In this document: piece after piece, positions 21,847 to 31,195 of the stretch | Layout of the letters: each line of letters opens with the position of its first letter | How positions within the stretch are numbered: position 1 is the first letter of the stretch | Source of the DNA: Sinorhizobium meliloti | GTDB lineage: Bacteria > Pseudomonadota > Alphaproteobacteria > Rhizobiales > Rhizobiaceae | DNA length: 32,000 nucleotides | NCBI RefSeq assembly: GCF_017876815.1 | Contig: NZ_JAGIOS010000004.1 | Coordinates: 120,001-152,000, forward strand | Direction of reading: 5' to 3' | Position numbers and translations under genes: made by a program | The notes under the pieces: model-generated | The model's database searches: none | What the model saw: the letters and a program-made list of their open reading frames with translations, nothing else | What the model was told of the DNA's origin: nothing

Positions 21847-23397
21847 ATGCCTGCGGAGAGACTGGAGATGCGGCGTGTCCGCGAGATATTGAGATATCGC
21901 TTCGAACAAGGACTTGGCCACAAGTCGATCGCGGTTCGGGTTGGAGCTGCGCCATCGACGGTGCGCGAGACGCTTCGGCGTGCGGCCATTGCGGAGCTAT
22001 CGTGGCCGTTGGGTGACGACGTCAGCGATGCAGTCCTGGAAGCGGCGCTTTACAAGGCAGGCGGGACGAAGACGGGTCATCGTCGGAGCCCTGAGCCGGA
22101 CTGGGCGCAGGTCCACCGCGAGCTGAAGCGCAAGCATATGACGCTGCAGATCCTTTGGGACGAATACATCAGCCGTTATCCGGAGGGCTATCGCTACAGT
22201 CGCTTCTGTGACCTCTACCGCGGCTGGGCGATGAAGTTGCCTGTGACGATGCGGCAGGATCACGCGGCCGGCGACAAGCTGTTCGTCGACTACGCCGGCG
22301 ACACGGTCACGGTTGTCGTTGATCGGCTGTCCGGCAAGACACGGCAGGCGCACCTGTTCGTGGCGGTTCTGGGAGCATCCAGCCTTTCATATGCGCAGGC
22401 ACGTTGGAGCGAGACGCTTCCCGACTGGATTGAATGCCATATCCTGGCGCTGGAGTACTTTGGCGGTGCGCCAGCCTTGCTGGTTCCCGACAATGCCAAG
22501 GTAGCGATCATCAAGGCCTGCCACTTCGATCCCCAGGTCAACCGGACGTATTGCGGGATGGCGGCCCATTATGGCAGCGCCGTCTTGCCGACGCGGCCGC
22601 GACGCCCGCGGGACAAGGCGAAAGTGGAAGCTGCGGTTCGTATCGTCGAACGCTGGCTATTGGGCCGGCTGCGCCATCGCATCTTCTATAGTTTGGCCGA
22701 GGTCAATGCGGCGATTGGCCAATTGCTCCATGATCTCAATGATAAGCGCGTTCTGCGCCGTGTCGGCGCCACGCGCCGCCAATTGTTCGAGGAGCTTGAT
22801 CGTCCGGCTTTGCGACCGCTGCCTGTCGAACGTTATGTCTTTGCCGAATGGCGTATCCGGCGCGCCGGGCTGGATTATCACGTCGAGATCGAGCGGCACT
22901 ATTATTCCGTTCCCTATCGCTTTGCCCGCGAGCAGGTCGAGGCTCGTATCACCGCCAATACGATCGAGATCTTCCACAAGGGCGAGCGAATTGCCGCTCA
23001 CCGGCGCTCCAGCGGCAACGGCAAGCACACGACGATCCCCGATCATATGCCCTCTGCGCATCGCCGCTTTGCCGACTGGACGATTGAACGGATTCAACGC
23101 GAAGCCTCTGCGATGGGGCCGGATGTTGCGCTGTTGTGCGAGCGCATTCTTGCCGACAGGCCTCATCCCGAGCAGGGCTTTCGAGCTTGCCTCGGCATCA
23201 TCCGCCTCAACAAGAGCTTCGGCCGCGACAGGGTCAATGCCGCTTGCGGCCGTGCGTTGGAGATTGGCGCACGAACCTATGGCTCGGTGCGATCCATCCT
23301 CGACAATCACCTTGACCGGACGGCTGCCTCAAATGGAGCGGCGCCGCATGAACCGATCCATCACGCCAACATCCGCGGACCTCGCTATTACCACTAA
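21847..23397 (+). CDS. istA: IS21-family transposase IstA
   Basis: 516-aa ORF. HTH-like N-terminus MRRVREILRYRFEQGLGHKSIA. DDE region KLFVDYAGDTV...LLVPDNAKVAI...PRRPRDKAKVEAAV. Confidence 0.95.
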   Translation: MPAERLEMRRVREILRYRFEQGLGHKSIAVRVGAAPSTVRETLRRAAIAELSWPLGDDVSDAVLEAALYKAGGTKTGHRRSPEPDWAQVHRELKRKHMTLQILWDEYISRYPEGYRYSRFCDLYRGWAMKLPVTMRQDHAAGDKLFVDYAGDTVTVVVDRLSGKTRQAHLFVAVLGASSLSYAQARWSETLPDWIECHILALEYFGGAPALLVPDNAKVAIIKACHFDPQVNRTYCGMAAHYGSAVLPTRPRRPRDKAKVEAAVRIVERWLLGRLRHRIFYSLAEVNAAIGQLLHDLNDKRVLRRVGATRRQLFEELDRPALRPLPVERYVFAEWRIRRAGLDYHVEIERHYYSVPYRFAREQVEARITANTIEIFHKGERIAAHRRSSGNGKHTTIPDHMPSAHRRFADWTIERIQREASAMGPDVALLCERILADRPHPEQGFRACLGIIRLNKSFGRDRVNAACGRALEIGARTYGSVRSILDNHLDRTAASNGAAPHEPIHHANIRGPRYYH

Positions 23398-23409
23398 GGA
23401 GAACGAAAG

Positions 23410-24147
23410 ATGCTTGCCCATCCAACACTGGATAAATTGAATGCCATGGGCCTGGCCGGCATGGCAAAGGCCTTTGGCGAACTTGTTGCCAACGGCGAAG
23501 CCGAACATCTCTCGCACGCCGAATGGCTCGGACTGCTGCTCGAACGGGAGTGGAGCTCCCGTTACGATCGGAAGCTTGCGGCACGCCTCAGGTTTGCCAA
23601 GCTTCGCCACCAGGCCACCCCAGAAGATGTCGACTATCGCGCCGACCGCGGCCTCGACCGTGCTCTCTTCATGAAGCTGCTCGGTGGCGACTGGATCAAC
23701 GCCCATGACAATCTGGCCATTTGCGGACCCTCGGGTGTCGGAAAGAGTTGGTTGGCTTGCGCTCTCGGCCACAAGGCTTGCCGAGACGATCGCTCAGTTC
23801 TCTATCAGCGTGTCCCAAGGCTGTTTGCCCAGCTTGCGCTCGCGCGTGGTGATGGCCGCTACGCCCGCCTGCAACGAACCTTGGGCCATGTTCAGCTCCT
23901 GATACTGGATGATTGGGGGCTCGAGCCGCTCAACGAACAGGCCCGCCACGACCTGCTGGAAATCCTCGAAGATCGCTATGGACGCAAATCAACGATCATT
24001 ACCAGCCAACTTCCCGTGTCCGCATGGCACGGCGTCATTGGCGACCCAACCTACGCCGATGCCATACTCGACAGGTTGGTCCACAATGCCCACCGCATCG
24101 AATTGAGCGGCGATAGTCTGCGCCGAAATCTACCGCGCAAAGCTTGA
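23410..24147 (+). CDS. istB: IS21-family helper ATPase IstB
   Basis: 245-aa ORF. Walker A GPSGVGKSWLACALG, Walker B LLILDDWG, and ILEDRYGRKSTIITSQLPV. Confidence 0.95.
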   Translation: MLAHPTLDKLNAMGLAGMAKAFGELVANGEAEHLSHAEWLGLLLEREWSSRYDRKLAARLRFAKLRHQATPEDVDYRADRGLDRALFMKLLGGDWINAHDNLAICGPSGVGKSWLACALGHKACRDDRSVLYQRVPRLFAQLALARGDGRYARLQRTLGHVQLLILDDWGLEPLNEQARHDLLEILEDRYGRKSTIITSQLPVSAWHGVIGDPTYADAILDRLVHNAHRIELSGDSLRRNLPRKA

Positions 24148-24200
24148 CACCTCGCCTGAATGAACTGACAACAATCATCGCCTGCAGACCCCACTAAACA

Positions 24201-24273
24201 GGGGGCGAGATCATCCCGGAAACCGGGGGCGCAATCATCTCGGAACAAAGGGGCGGCTTCATCGGAATCGGCA
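24201..24273 (+). repeat. IS21 right-end terminal repeats (3 units)
   Basis: GGGGGCGAGATCATCCCGGAAACC, GGGGGCGCAATCATCTCGGAACAAA and GGGGCGGCTTCATCGGAATCGGCA are reverse complements of the left-end unit. Confidence 0.8.
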
Positions 24274-24880
24274 GCCTGAAGTGCGATCATGTAATTGTTG
24301 ACGTAAAAACTGCGGCCCTTCGGGGCGGGACATCCGAGTACGGCAAACCAATCGTCCCAGGCCGTCCAACCGGTCTCGTTGCTGCTGGAATGGATCAAGG
24401 GTGCTTTGAGCAGATCCTCGAGCCGGGCAATGCGGTGCTCGGCGGCAAAACGTGTTGTTTCCAGCGCGATAATGTGGTCCTGAAAGAGCTTCCGGTATTC
24501 TACACCGTTCTCCTGGGGGTTGCCGTAATGGATAGTCAGATCGCATCGGCTGGTCATTCCAGGCACATCGCTGACGACCTGTGACACGGTGATGGAGGGA
24601 TGGATCTTCCAGAAGGCCGAAATCTTCGGTGTCAGCCATAGTGAACTGAACGCCGTGGTCACGTCGACGGTTTCCGGCCGCTCGCGGATCTGGGTACTGC
24701 TTTCGCCTTTACATCAGCTCGTCTCGATTGTGACGGCCCCGGATAGAAGGTCTCTTAAAGATAGTCGGCCGCCAACCATTCGGGAGAAAGCCAAAGCGCC
24801 AGTGCCCATAGCAAGGAGGGCGTTCCCTGGGGAAATAGTTTCCGCATCGCGAACATGGTCTGGTCACCTCGACCCTCTGT
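24274..24880 (-). pseudogene. LysR-family (GcvA-like) regulator, 5' and middle segment
   Basis: Substrate-binding domain IRERPETVDVTTAFSSLWLTPKISAFWKIHPSITV...NNYMIALQA. An in-frame TGA at 24714-24716 lies upstream, and the expected HTH region (about 24720-24880) is only vaguely recognisable. Confidence 0.7.
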
Positions 24881-25398
24881 GCGCCATCTTCGGTAGGAGA
24901 CAATCGATCATTTGACGGGGAAGTAGTGGGGCGGGTGTGACGGGCTTCAGGCCGCCACGGCTGGACCTGTCGATCTATCCCTACCTGCCGAGGGCAACGG
25001 TCGAGAAGACGTCGGCAAAGGCGTACATGCTCCTCCTGTCATCTGATGCGGGAGAAGCCGCATGAGCACCGAAGTACCAGAGATCCTTCTCGGACGATAA
25101 GAGGATCACGGGAAAATCTAGTCATGCCGCCAGATCTCACATTTTGATTGATGCCCGGTTAACGTTAGGGTGCCGCTGAACATCACCGCGTTCCATATCA
25201 TCCAGCCAGCGTCCAGTATGCAGAAAGACGTGGGGCAAGTCCAACCGCGCATGGTTCCCTGCATGTAACTAACGTATAAGAAACTGCCTACTTACAACAA
25301 GATGGCCAATTCCCTATTTATAGTCCCAAGATTTGCGTGATTCATCCCGGCGCCGCTGAAATCGCTGCATTTCGATGACCAACTGAATTGGAGAGCTT

Positions 25399-25857
25399 AT
25401 GTCTTTGAAGAACTTTATGCGCGCTGGCGTATTTGCGGCTCTCGCCGTCGTAAGCCTTACAGGCGCTGCACAAGCGGGTCCTGCGCAAAACAAGGAACTG
25501 GTCATCAAGGCTGTTGCCGGCCTCTTCATTGATCATGATCCGGCGGTTGTCGACGAATACTGGAGCCAGAAATATATCCAGCACAACCCCCGGTTCCCCA
25601 GCGGCAGGGACGTCATTAAGCAATTTGCGTCCAACCCGCCGCCGGGCTTCAAATATGAAATGGGTGCCGTTGCCGCCGATGGCAACGTTGTCATGGTACA
25701 CGGCCGGTACACAGGCCTTGGTCCCAAACCGATGATCGCGGTCGATATGTTCCGCATCGAAAAAGGCAAGATCATCGAGCACTGGGACGTGCTTCAGGAG
25801 GAGGTTCCAGCCAGCCAAACCAAAAGCGGCAACCCGATGTTCGTTCCGGGGATGTAA
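25399..25857 (+). CDS. secreted SnoaL-like / NTF2-fold protein
   Basis: 152-aa ORF with signal peptide MSLKNFMRAGVFAALAVVSLTGAAQA. YWSQKYIQHNP...VMVHGRYTG...DMFRIEKGKIIEHWDVLQ is typical of the COG4922/SnoaL-like family. GGAGA Shine-Dalgarno. Confidence 0.85.
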   Translation: MSLKNFMRAGVFAALAVVSLTGAAQAGPAQNKELVIKAVAGLFIDHDPAVVDEYWSQKYIQHNPRFPSGRDVIKQFASNPPPGFKYEMGAVAADGNVVMVHGRYTGLGPKPMIAVDMFRIEKGKIIEHWDVLQEEVPASQTKSGNPMFVPGM

Positions 25858-25862
25858 AGTGA

Positions 25863-25907
25863 ACGAGAGGGTCAGGAGGAATCCGCCTAACCCTCTCGTC
25901 TTTTATC
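25863..25907 (+). terminator. Rho-independent terminator
   Basis: Perfect 10-bp stem ACGAGAGGGT (25863-25872) with ACCCTCTCGT (25890-25899), followed by CTTTTATC. Confidence 0.65.
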
Positions 25908-26122
25908 GTCAGGAGTGGTTGTATCGGCACCGTAAACTTAACGCTGTGAAAGTTGATTTGTGTAGGGGTATTTGCGCCCCCGCGTAGTCGACAGCGGTCT
26001 TGTTGATGTGCCCGTCCTGCAAGTTGAGGGACGTGAGATTCCCAACGCTCTGTTGGTTTCCACGCGGAACTGCGCCGGTTTTTCGACCGAGAAGTGAGCC
26101 ACCGCTGAGTATGGTTTTCTGA

Positions 26123-26725
26123 TCAGGGTTTGGTCAAGCGGATGGCTTTTTCTCCTCTCTTCTGTGCTGTTGCGGCCGAGCTGGCCTTGAAACGGAAGCT
26201 GTCGTTTCCTGTTTCGAGGACATGGCAACGGTGGGTCAGGCGGTCGAGCAAAGCGGTGATCATCTTGGCCGTCGCCGAAGACGGTGGCCCATTCGCTGAA
26301 GCTGAGGTTGGTGGTGATGATGACGCTGGTGCGCTCATAGAGCTTGCTCAGCAGGTGGAAGAGCAGCGCTCCGCCTGACGCACTGAACGGAAGGTATCCG
26401 AATTCATCAAGTATCAGCAGATCGAGGCCAACCAGCGTCTCGGCAATCTGGCCTGCTTTGCCTTTGGCCTTTTCCTGCTCGAGCGCATTGACCAGTTCGA
26501 TGGTCGAGAAGAAGCGGACCTTCCGGCGATGATGCTCAATCGCCTGAACACCAAGGGCGGTCGCGACATGTGTTTTTCCTGTGCCCGGCCCGCCGACGAG
26601 CACCATATTCTGCGCTCCGTCGATGAACTCGCATCGGTGCAGTTGGCGCACTGTCGCTTCGTTGATCTCGCTGGCGGCGAAGTCGTATCCGGAGATGTCC
26701 TTGTAGGCTGGGAAGCGGGCAGCCT
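26123..26725 (-). pseudogene. IS21-family istB relic (5'-truncated, frameshifted)
   Basis: KAARFPAYKDISGYDFAASEINEATVRQLHRCEFIDGAQNMVLVGGPGTGKTHVA...LLILDEFGYLPF...[20 protein letters not shown] frameshift near 26270 leads to [31 protein letters not shown]. The probable IS end TGTGTAGGGGTATTTGCGCCCCC is near 25960. Confidence 0.85.
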
Positions 26726-27034
26726 TTATGCAGGAAATCTACCTGAATTTGGTGTTTTTCGACGGCCCGATTCAGATATATCGCCAATTGCCGCGGATCT
26801 TGACGTAGGTCTCGTCAATCAGGACTGAGCCGCAATGCGGCCGCCGGAACTGGCGAAGCCGCTTTTCGATCATCGGCGCGTAGGCCAGAACACAACGGTT
26901 GACGGTCGTAGGCGCTGCTTGCGCGGCACCTTGAGGTCTTCCTCCAGCCAATACTAGATCGTCGCGGGAAACTCGATTTGCTTGAGGCACGCATCGTCGG
27001 ATCACCTTTATGTCATCGAGAGTGCGTCAGAGCC
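26726..27034 (-). pseudogene. IS6-family element relic (left IR plus first ~90 codons of the transposase, frameshifted)
   Basis: TTVNRCVLAYAPMIEKRLRQFRRPHCGSVLIDETYVKIRGNWRY, then a frameshift to LNRAVEKHQIQVDFLHK, matching the IS6 pattern (RW)V..YAP..EKRLR...W.VDETYVK..G.W.YLYRAVD..G..VDF. GGCTCTG on the minus strand, ending at 27034, resembles the IS6 terminal GGCTCTGTTGCAAA. Confidence 0.65.
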
Positions 27035-27544
27035 AATTATGGACGCCGATTGATAGTTCTGAGAGTGACAGACGCGAATTCGTCTCGGCTATAATGACCT
27101 CATCACTTGCTTGTCCGCATTGTCGTTGAGGTTTAAAGGGCGCGCCGGCTGACGTCATGGCCCGGGTGACAGCGGCAAATGGTGGTTGACTTGGCTCGCG
27201 CCGTGACGGACGTCGCTGGCTTGGAGTTGCTTATCGAGCGACGCGCGCCACGAGGAGATTGGGTCAAAGCCGTAAAAGGCGAAATCCCGCTGGATCCAGC
27301 AGGTGAATGATGACATGCGAAATAATAATTTTACCGTTAGCGCCAAACCTTACTAGAATCGTTCCAACTAACGAGGGCATCACACCAATGCGCCTGCCCT
27401 CGGCGACTGAACGGAGAAAAGTTTGTCTGATGCAAAACTGCAGAGCGTACTCTCGTCTCTTTCGCAATTGGCCAGGAGGCTGGATTCATTGGCGTCCAGC
27501 CCAGCACCGTACGATAGAGCGCGTCCGATGAAAGCGGAATCGGC

Positions 27545-28888
27545 GTGGGGCCTGAACGAAGCAAATCCTCAGGATCGATCATCAATGATCCTCAGGTGCG
27601 CGGGATATTCTATCAGGCAATCACCATCATCATTCTCACAGCGCTCATCTACTGGATCGTCGATAACACTGTCGACAATCTCAGGCGCGCGAATATCGCG
27701 TCAGGCTATGACTTTCTGAGGAGTCGCGCCGGTTTCGACGTCGGGCAGTCGCTGATTTCATTCACCAGCGATTCCACCTATGGCCGCGCTTTGCTGGTCG
27801 GCTTCATCAACACATTGCTCGTCGCGATCACCGGTATCATCACCGCGACGATCATCGGCTTCCTCGTCGGTATCGGACGCCTTTCGCACAACTGGATCAT
27901 TGCCAAGCTCTCGCTGGCCTATGTGGAGGTGTTCCGCAACATCCCGCCGCTGCTCGTCATATTCTTCTGGTATAGCGGGGTGCTGTCGATATTGCCGCAG
28001 GCACGAGATGCACTTACCCTGCCCTTCGATATCTTTCTGAGCAATCGCGGTGTCGCCTTTCCAAGGCCGGTTGCCGGAGAGGGTGCCGAATACACGCTCC
28101 TCGCGTTTATCTTCCTCGTGCCTATGCTGATACCCAGGATCCCATACAAGGGACTGAACGCGCTTCTACTGCTGGGCGCCCTGCCCGTCCTCGCGGCGAT
28201 CCTGCTCCCCGGCGGCTGGTTCGGCCTTACCTATGTCGAAACGCCGCTCTGGGGCGGCCTGATGGTCACCCTGGTACTGTCCTTCGTCGGAATAGCCGTT
28301 TCGCTGCCGCTCGGCATTCTGCTGGCGCTCGGACGCCGGTCGAACATGCCGGTCATAAAAATGCTCTGCACGGCCTTCATCGAGGTCATCCGCGGCGTTC
28401 CGCTGATCACCGTGCTTTTCATGGCAAGCGTGATGCTGCCGCTTTTCCTGCCGCAGGGCGTCACCTTCGACAAGTTCCTGCGGGCCCTGATAGGCGTGTC
28501 GCTCTTCGCCTCCGCCTATATGGCGGAAGTGGTGCGCGGTGGCTTGCAGGCCATCCCGAAAGGCCAGTATGAAGGCGCCGATTCACTGGGCCTCAGCTAT
28601 TGGCAGAAAATGGGCTTCATCGTCCTGCCGCAGGCACTCAAGCTGGTTATCCCCGGCATCGTCAATACGTTCATAGGCCTCTTCAAAGACACATCGCTCG
28701 TATCGATTATCGGCATGTTCGACCTGCTCGGCATCGTTCGCCTGAACTTCAGCGACACCAACTGGGCAAGCGCCGTCACGCCGCTGACCGGCCTGATCTT
28801 CGCGGGCTTCGTCTTTTGGCTTTTCTGCTTCGGCATGTCGCGCTATTCAGGCTTCATGGAACGCCTGCTCGACAGAAGCCAGCGGTAA
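27545..28888 (+). CDS. hybrid ABC permease ORF: aapQ (yhdX-like) 5' half fused in frame to aapM (yhdY-like) 3' half
   Basis: Residues about 13-190 ([11 protein letters not shown]...[46 protein letters not shown]...[17 protein letters not shown]...[11 protein letters not shown]) are AapQ/YhdX-type. From [11 protein letters not shown]...[25 protein letters not shown]...[19 protein letters not shown]...[28 protein letters not shown]...FCFGMSRYS it is AapM/YhdY-type. GTG start, 5' end uncertain. Confidence 0.8.
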   Translation: MGPERSKSSGSIINDPQVRGIFYQAITIIILTALIYWIVDNTVDNLRRANIASGYDFLRSRAGFDVGQSLISFTSDSTYGRALLVGFINTLLVAITGIITATIIGFLVGIGRLSHNWIIAKLSLAYVEVFRNIPPLLVIFFWYSGVLSILPQARDALTLPFDIFLSNRGVAFPRPVAGEGAEYTLLAFIFLVPMLIPRIPYKGLNALLLLGALPVLAAILLPGGWFGLTYVETPLWGGLMVTLVLSFVGIAVSLPLGILLALGRRSNMPVIKMLCTAFIEVIRGVPLITVLFMASVMLPLFLPQGVTFDKFLRALIGVSLFASAYMAEVVRGGLQAIPKGQYEGADSLGLSYWQKMGFIVLPQALKLVIPGIVNTFIGLFKDTSLVSIIGMFDLLGIVRLNFSDTNWASAVTPLTGLIFAGFVFWLFCFGMSRYSGFMERLLDRSQR

Positions 28889-28904
28889 AAAGGGGAACAA
28901 GAAA

Positions 28905-29022
28905 ATGGCAAATACCGCCACTACAACGAAAATGGCTCCATCGGCGACGGATGTCGCGATCGAAATTACCAACATGAACAAATGGTACGGTGATTTCCAT
29001 GTGCTTCGCGACATCAATCTCA
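28905..29022 (+). pseudogene. aapP: aapP (amino-acid ABC ATPase), 5' segment before the IS insertion
   Basis: MANTATTTKMAPSATDVAIEITNMNKWYGDFHVLRDINL(RV), then IS sequence. Confidence 0.85.
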
Positions 29023-29955
29023 GAGTCGGACTCGAAAAGGTTTCAACGATATCCATATCTTGCAAGGCGTCTGGTGAGCATGCGGATGTGAGCGATGGTG
29101 ATCCACGCTTCTGCTGAAGCGACGGATTTTTCGAAGTCCTTGGCCAGTCTGCGGCATCGACCCAGCCAGGCGAAGGTCCGCTCGACGACCCAGCGGCGCG
29201 GCAGGATTTCAAAACCCTTGGCCTTGTCGGAACGTTTGATGATTTCGAGTGTCCATTTCCCGATTTTCTGCAGCCGCTTTTTGAGCTTGTCGCCCGCATA
29301 GCCGCCATCAGCGAAGACATGAAGCAACCACGGCCACCGGTTTTTGATGGATTTCAGGAGATCGGGAGCGCCGTCGCGATCCTGAATATCGGCGCTGTGC
29401 ACCATGAGGCCGACCATCAGCCCGAGCGTGTCGACAATGATGTGGCGCTTGCGGCCCTTAATCTTCTTGCCTGCATCAAAGCCACGGATACCGCCGCTTT
29501 CCGTCGTTTTAACGCTTTGGCTGTCGATCGCGCCCGCTGTCGGCGAGGCTTCTTTCCCCTCCAATTCCCGCGCCTCCATGACGAGGTGATGGTTGATCCG
29601 TGGCCAAAGACCCATTGCCCGCCATTCATAGAAATATCGCTGCACCGTCGAACAGGGCGGAAAGTCCTTCGGCAGCATCCGCCACTGGCAGCCTGTCGAA
29701 GCGATATAGAGAAGGGCGTTTAAAACATCGCGCAAATCAGTCTTGCGCGGACGACCCAGACGCCGTGGCGCAGGCATGAACGGTGCAACAAAATCCCATT
29801 CGCGATCCGTGACATCGCTTGCATATCCGCTCGTCCGCCGGACATAATTGCGCCGGGTGGTTTCAGTCCAGGCCATCGTGATCTCCATCGAATCTTTGCA
29901 AATCCGACGGAATCACAACTGGCTGAAATCACTCAATTCTTTTTGAGGCAGCCTC
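29023..29955 (-). mobile_element. IS5-family element (IS1031/IS427-like, 933 bp) inserted in aapP
   Basis: Imperfect terminal repeats GAGTCGGACTCGAAAAG and, as reverse complement, GAGGCTGCCTCAAAAAG. A 3-bp TCA target duplication lies at 29020-29022 and 29956-29958. Removing the IS restores [14 protein letters not shown] in frame. Confidence 0.85.
29043..29888 (-). CDS. IS5-family DDE transposase
   Basis: 281-aa ORF containing [14 protein letters not shown]...[42 protein letters not shown]...IDSQSVKT...ADGGYAG...[23 protein letters not shown]. Confidence 0.92.
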   Translation of the reverse strand: MEITMAWTETTRRNYVRRTSGYASDVTDREWDFVAPFMPAPRRLGRPRKTDLRDVLNALLYIASTGCQWRMLPKDFPPCSTVQRYFYEWRAMGLWPRINHHLVMEARELEGKEASPTAGAIDSQSVKTTESGGIRGFDAGKKIKGRKRHIIVDTLGLMVGLMVHSADIQDRDGAPDLLKSIKNRWPWLLHVFADGGYAGDKLKKRLQKIGKWTLEIIKRSDKAKGFEILPRRWVVERTFAWLGRCRRLAKDFEKSVASAEAWITIAHIRMLTRRLARYGYR

Positions 29956-30584
29956 TCAGGGTCATGAGCGGCGAGCGCATCGTTGTCGCCGGCCCTTCCG
30001 GATCCGGAAAGTCGACGATGATTCGATGCATCAACCGGCTCGAAGAGCATCAGAAGGGTAAAATCGTCGTCGACGGGATCGAACTCACCAACGACCTGAA
30101 GAAGATCGACGAAGTGCGCCGGGAAGTCGGCATGGTCTTCCAGCACTTCAACCTCTTCCCGCATCTCACGATCCTGGAAAACTGCACACTGGCGCCGATC
30201 TGGGTGCGCAAGATGCCGAAGAAGGAAGCCGAGGAAGTCGCGATGCACTTTCTGGAGCGCGTAAAGATTCCGGAGCAGGCCAAAAAATATCCGGGTCAGC
30301 TTTCGGGCGGCCAGCAGCAGCGAGTCGCCATTGCCCGCTCACTTTGCATGCGACCGAAAATCCTTCTTTTCGACGAGCCGACCTCTGCACTCGACCCTGA
30401 AATGGTCAAGGAAGTGCTCGACACCATGGTCAGCCTCGCCGAAGAAGGCACCATGATCTGCGTGACACATGAAATGGGCTTCGCGCGACAGGTCGCCAAC
30501 CGCGTGATCTTCATGGACCAGGGCCAGATCGTCGAGCAGAACTCGCCGGCTGAGTTCTTCGACAATCCGCAGCATGAGCGGACC
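29956..30584 (+). pseudogene. aapP: aapP, main segment after the IS; native 3' end missing
   Basis: (RV)[38 protein letters not shown]...[36 protein letters not shown]...[10 protein letters not shown] gives Walker A, the signature motif and Walker B. The last ~10 native codons are replaced. Confidence 0.9.
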
Positions 30585-30752
30585 CATCTTGAAGAGCTCT
30601 ACGGCATCGATGTGTCGCCGGATCTGATCTCGGCGGTGACCGATACGGTTCTGGAGGCCGTCGGAGAGTGGCAAAACCGGCCGCTCGAGCTTTGCTATCA
30701 CCTCGTGTTTTTCGACGCCATCCGGGTCAAGATCAGAGACGAGGGCTTCGTA
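30585..30752 (+). pseudogene. IS256-family transposase internal fragment, fused in frame to aapP
   Basis: [56 protein letters not shown] matches the conserved LYG..VSP.LIS.VTD.V...V..WQ.RPLE..YP.VF.DA..VKIRD.G.V block of IS256/Mutator-type transposases. Similarity ends at about 30752. Confidence 0.8.
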
Positions 30753-31024
30753 TGTCGGATTTGCGACTGGTGCGCAGTCGACGAGGACGAAGCGCAACGG
30801 GCGGGGACCGCCCAAACTGGTTGGCTGCATCATTGTTGAAGTGCGCCAGTGCGCGTTCAGTATGGAATCCGTCCTTCGATGGGATTGCAGCTGCCCATGC
30901 GCAATCTTGTGCTGCCGCCCCGGTCATCACGAGCTGTCAGCTACGCGCGGCTTCTCTTCGGGGTAGTGGAGCCGATCGTATCAGGCTTCCTCTTGCGGAA
31001 CGCTGAGGTGATTCGCTGCGGTGG

Positions 31025-31195
31025 CTATTCAGCCGCGACTTGACGGGCCTTCAGGAAAGCCTGGAAACGCTCGGTCTGCTCTTCCACCGGTACGCCTTCT
31101 GCGTCCATTTGAGCCGTGAAGTCCGTGTACCGCGGATCAGGCGCAATAGCTTCTATTCGGGGGTTCGCCCGTCTCTGATCCACACGCCATTTCAT
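31025..31195 (-). CDS. small hypothetical ORF (56 aa from the ATG; 75 aa from a GTG at 31252)
   Basis: MKWRVDQRRANPRIEAIAPDPRYTDFTAQMDAEGVPVEEQTERFQAFLKARQVAAE. No convincing Shine-Dalgarno and no family recognised. It could be the tail of a truncated gene. Confidence 0.25.
   Translation of the reverse strand: MKWRVDQRRANPRIEAIAPDPRYTDFTAQMDAEGVPVEEQTERFQAFLKARQVAAE

Larger units (their letters stand above)
21676..24273 (+). mobile_element. complete IS21-family insertion sequence
   Basis: Ends TGCAAATTCCGAGG... and ...CATCGGAATCGGCA (imperfect inverted repeats starting with TG), istA plus istB, and a 7-bp direct target duplication GCCTGAA at 21669-21675 and 24274-24280. Confidence 0.92.

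Noticed and set aside
21087-21989. 300-aa minus-strand ORF with the repetitive peptide GGGIISESGGDYFSELGGEIISESGGG
   Set aside because: It spans an SDR relic, the LysR tail and the IS21 left end. The peptide repeat is simply the translation of the IS21 tandem terminal repeats, so this is not a gene.
22571-23440. 289-aa plus-strand and 217-aa minus-strand ORFs inside istA
   Set aside because: These are alternative frames of a clearly coding IS21 transposase gene, with no independent evidence.
24960-25060. 16-codon minus-strand mini-ORF MYAFADVFSTVALGR with a strong AGGAGG-N3-ATG signal
   Set aside because: It is too short and stops after 16 codons. It is probably the orphaned start of a deleted gene, and no function can be inferred.
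27307-27531. Possible aapJ (binding protein) C-terminal remnant just upstream of the hybrid permease (RLFRNWPGGWIHWRP versus the expected LW..GG..Y.PP.R)
   Set aside because: The similarity is limited to a few residues and needs gaps. The segment is AT-rich and otherwise unalignable by eye, so there is not enough to call a feature.
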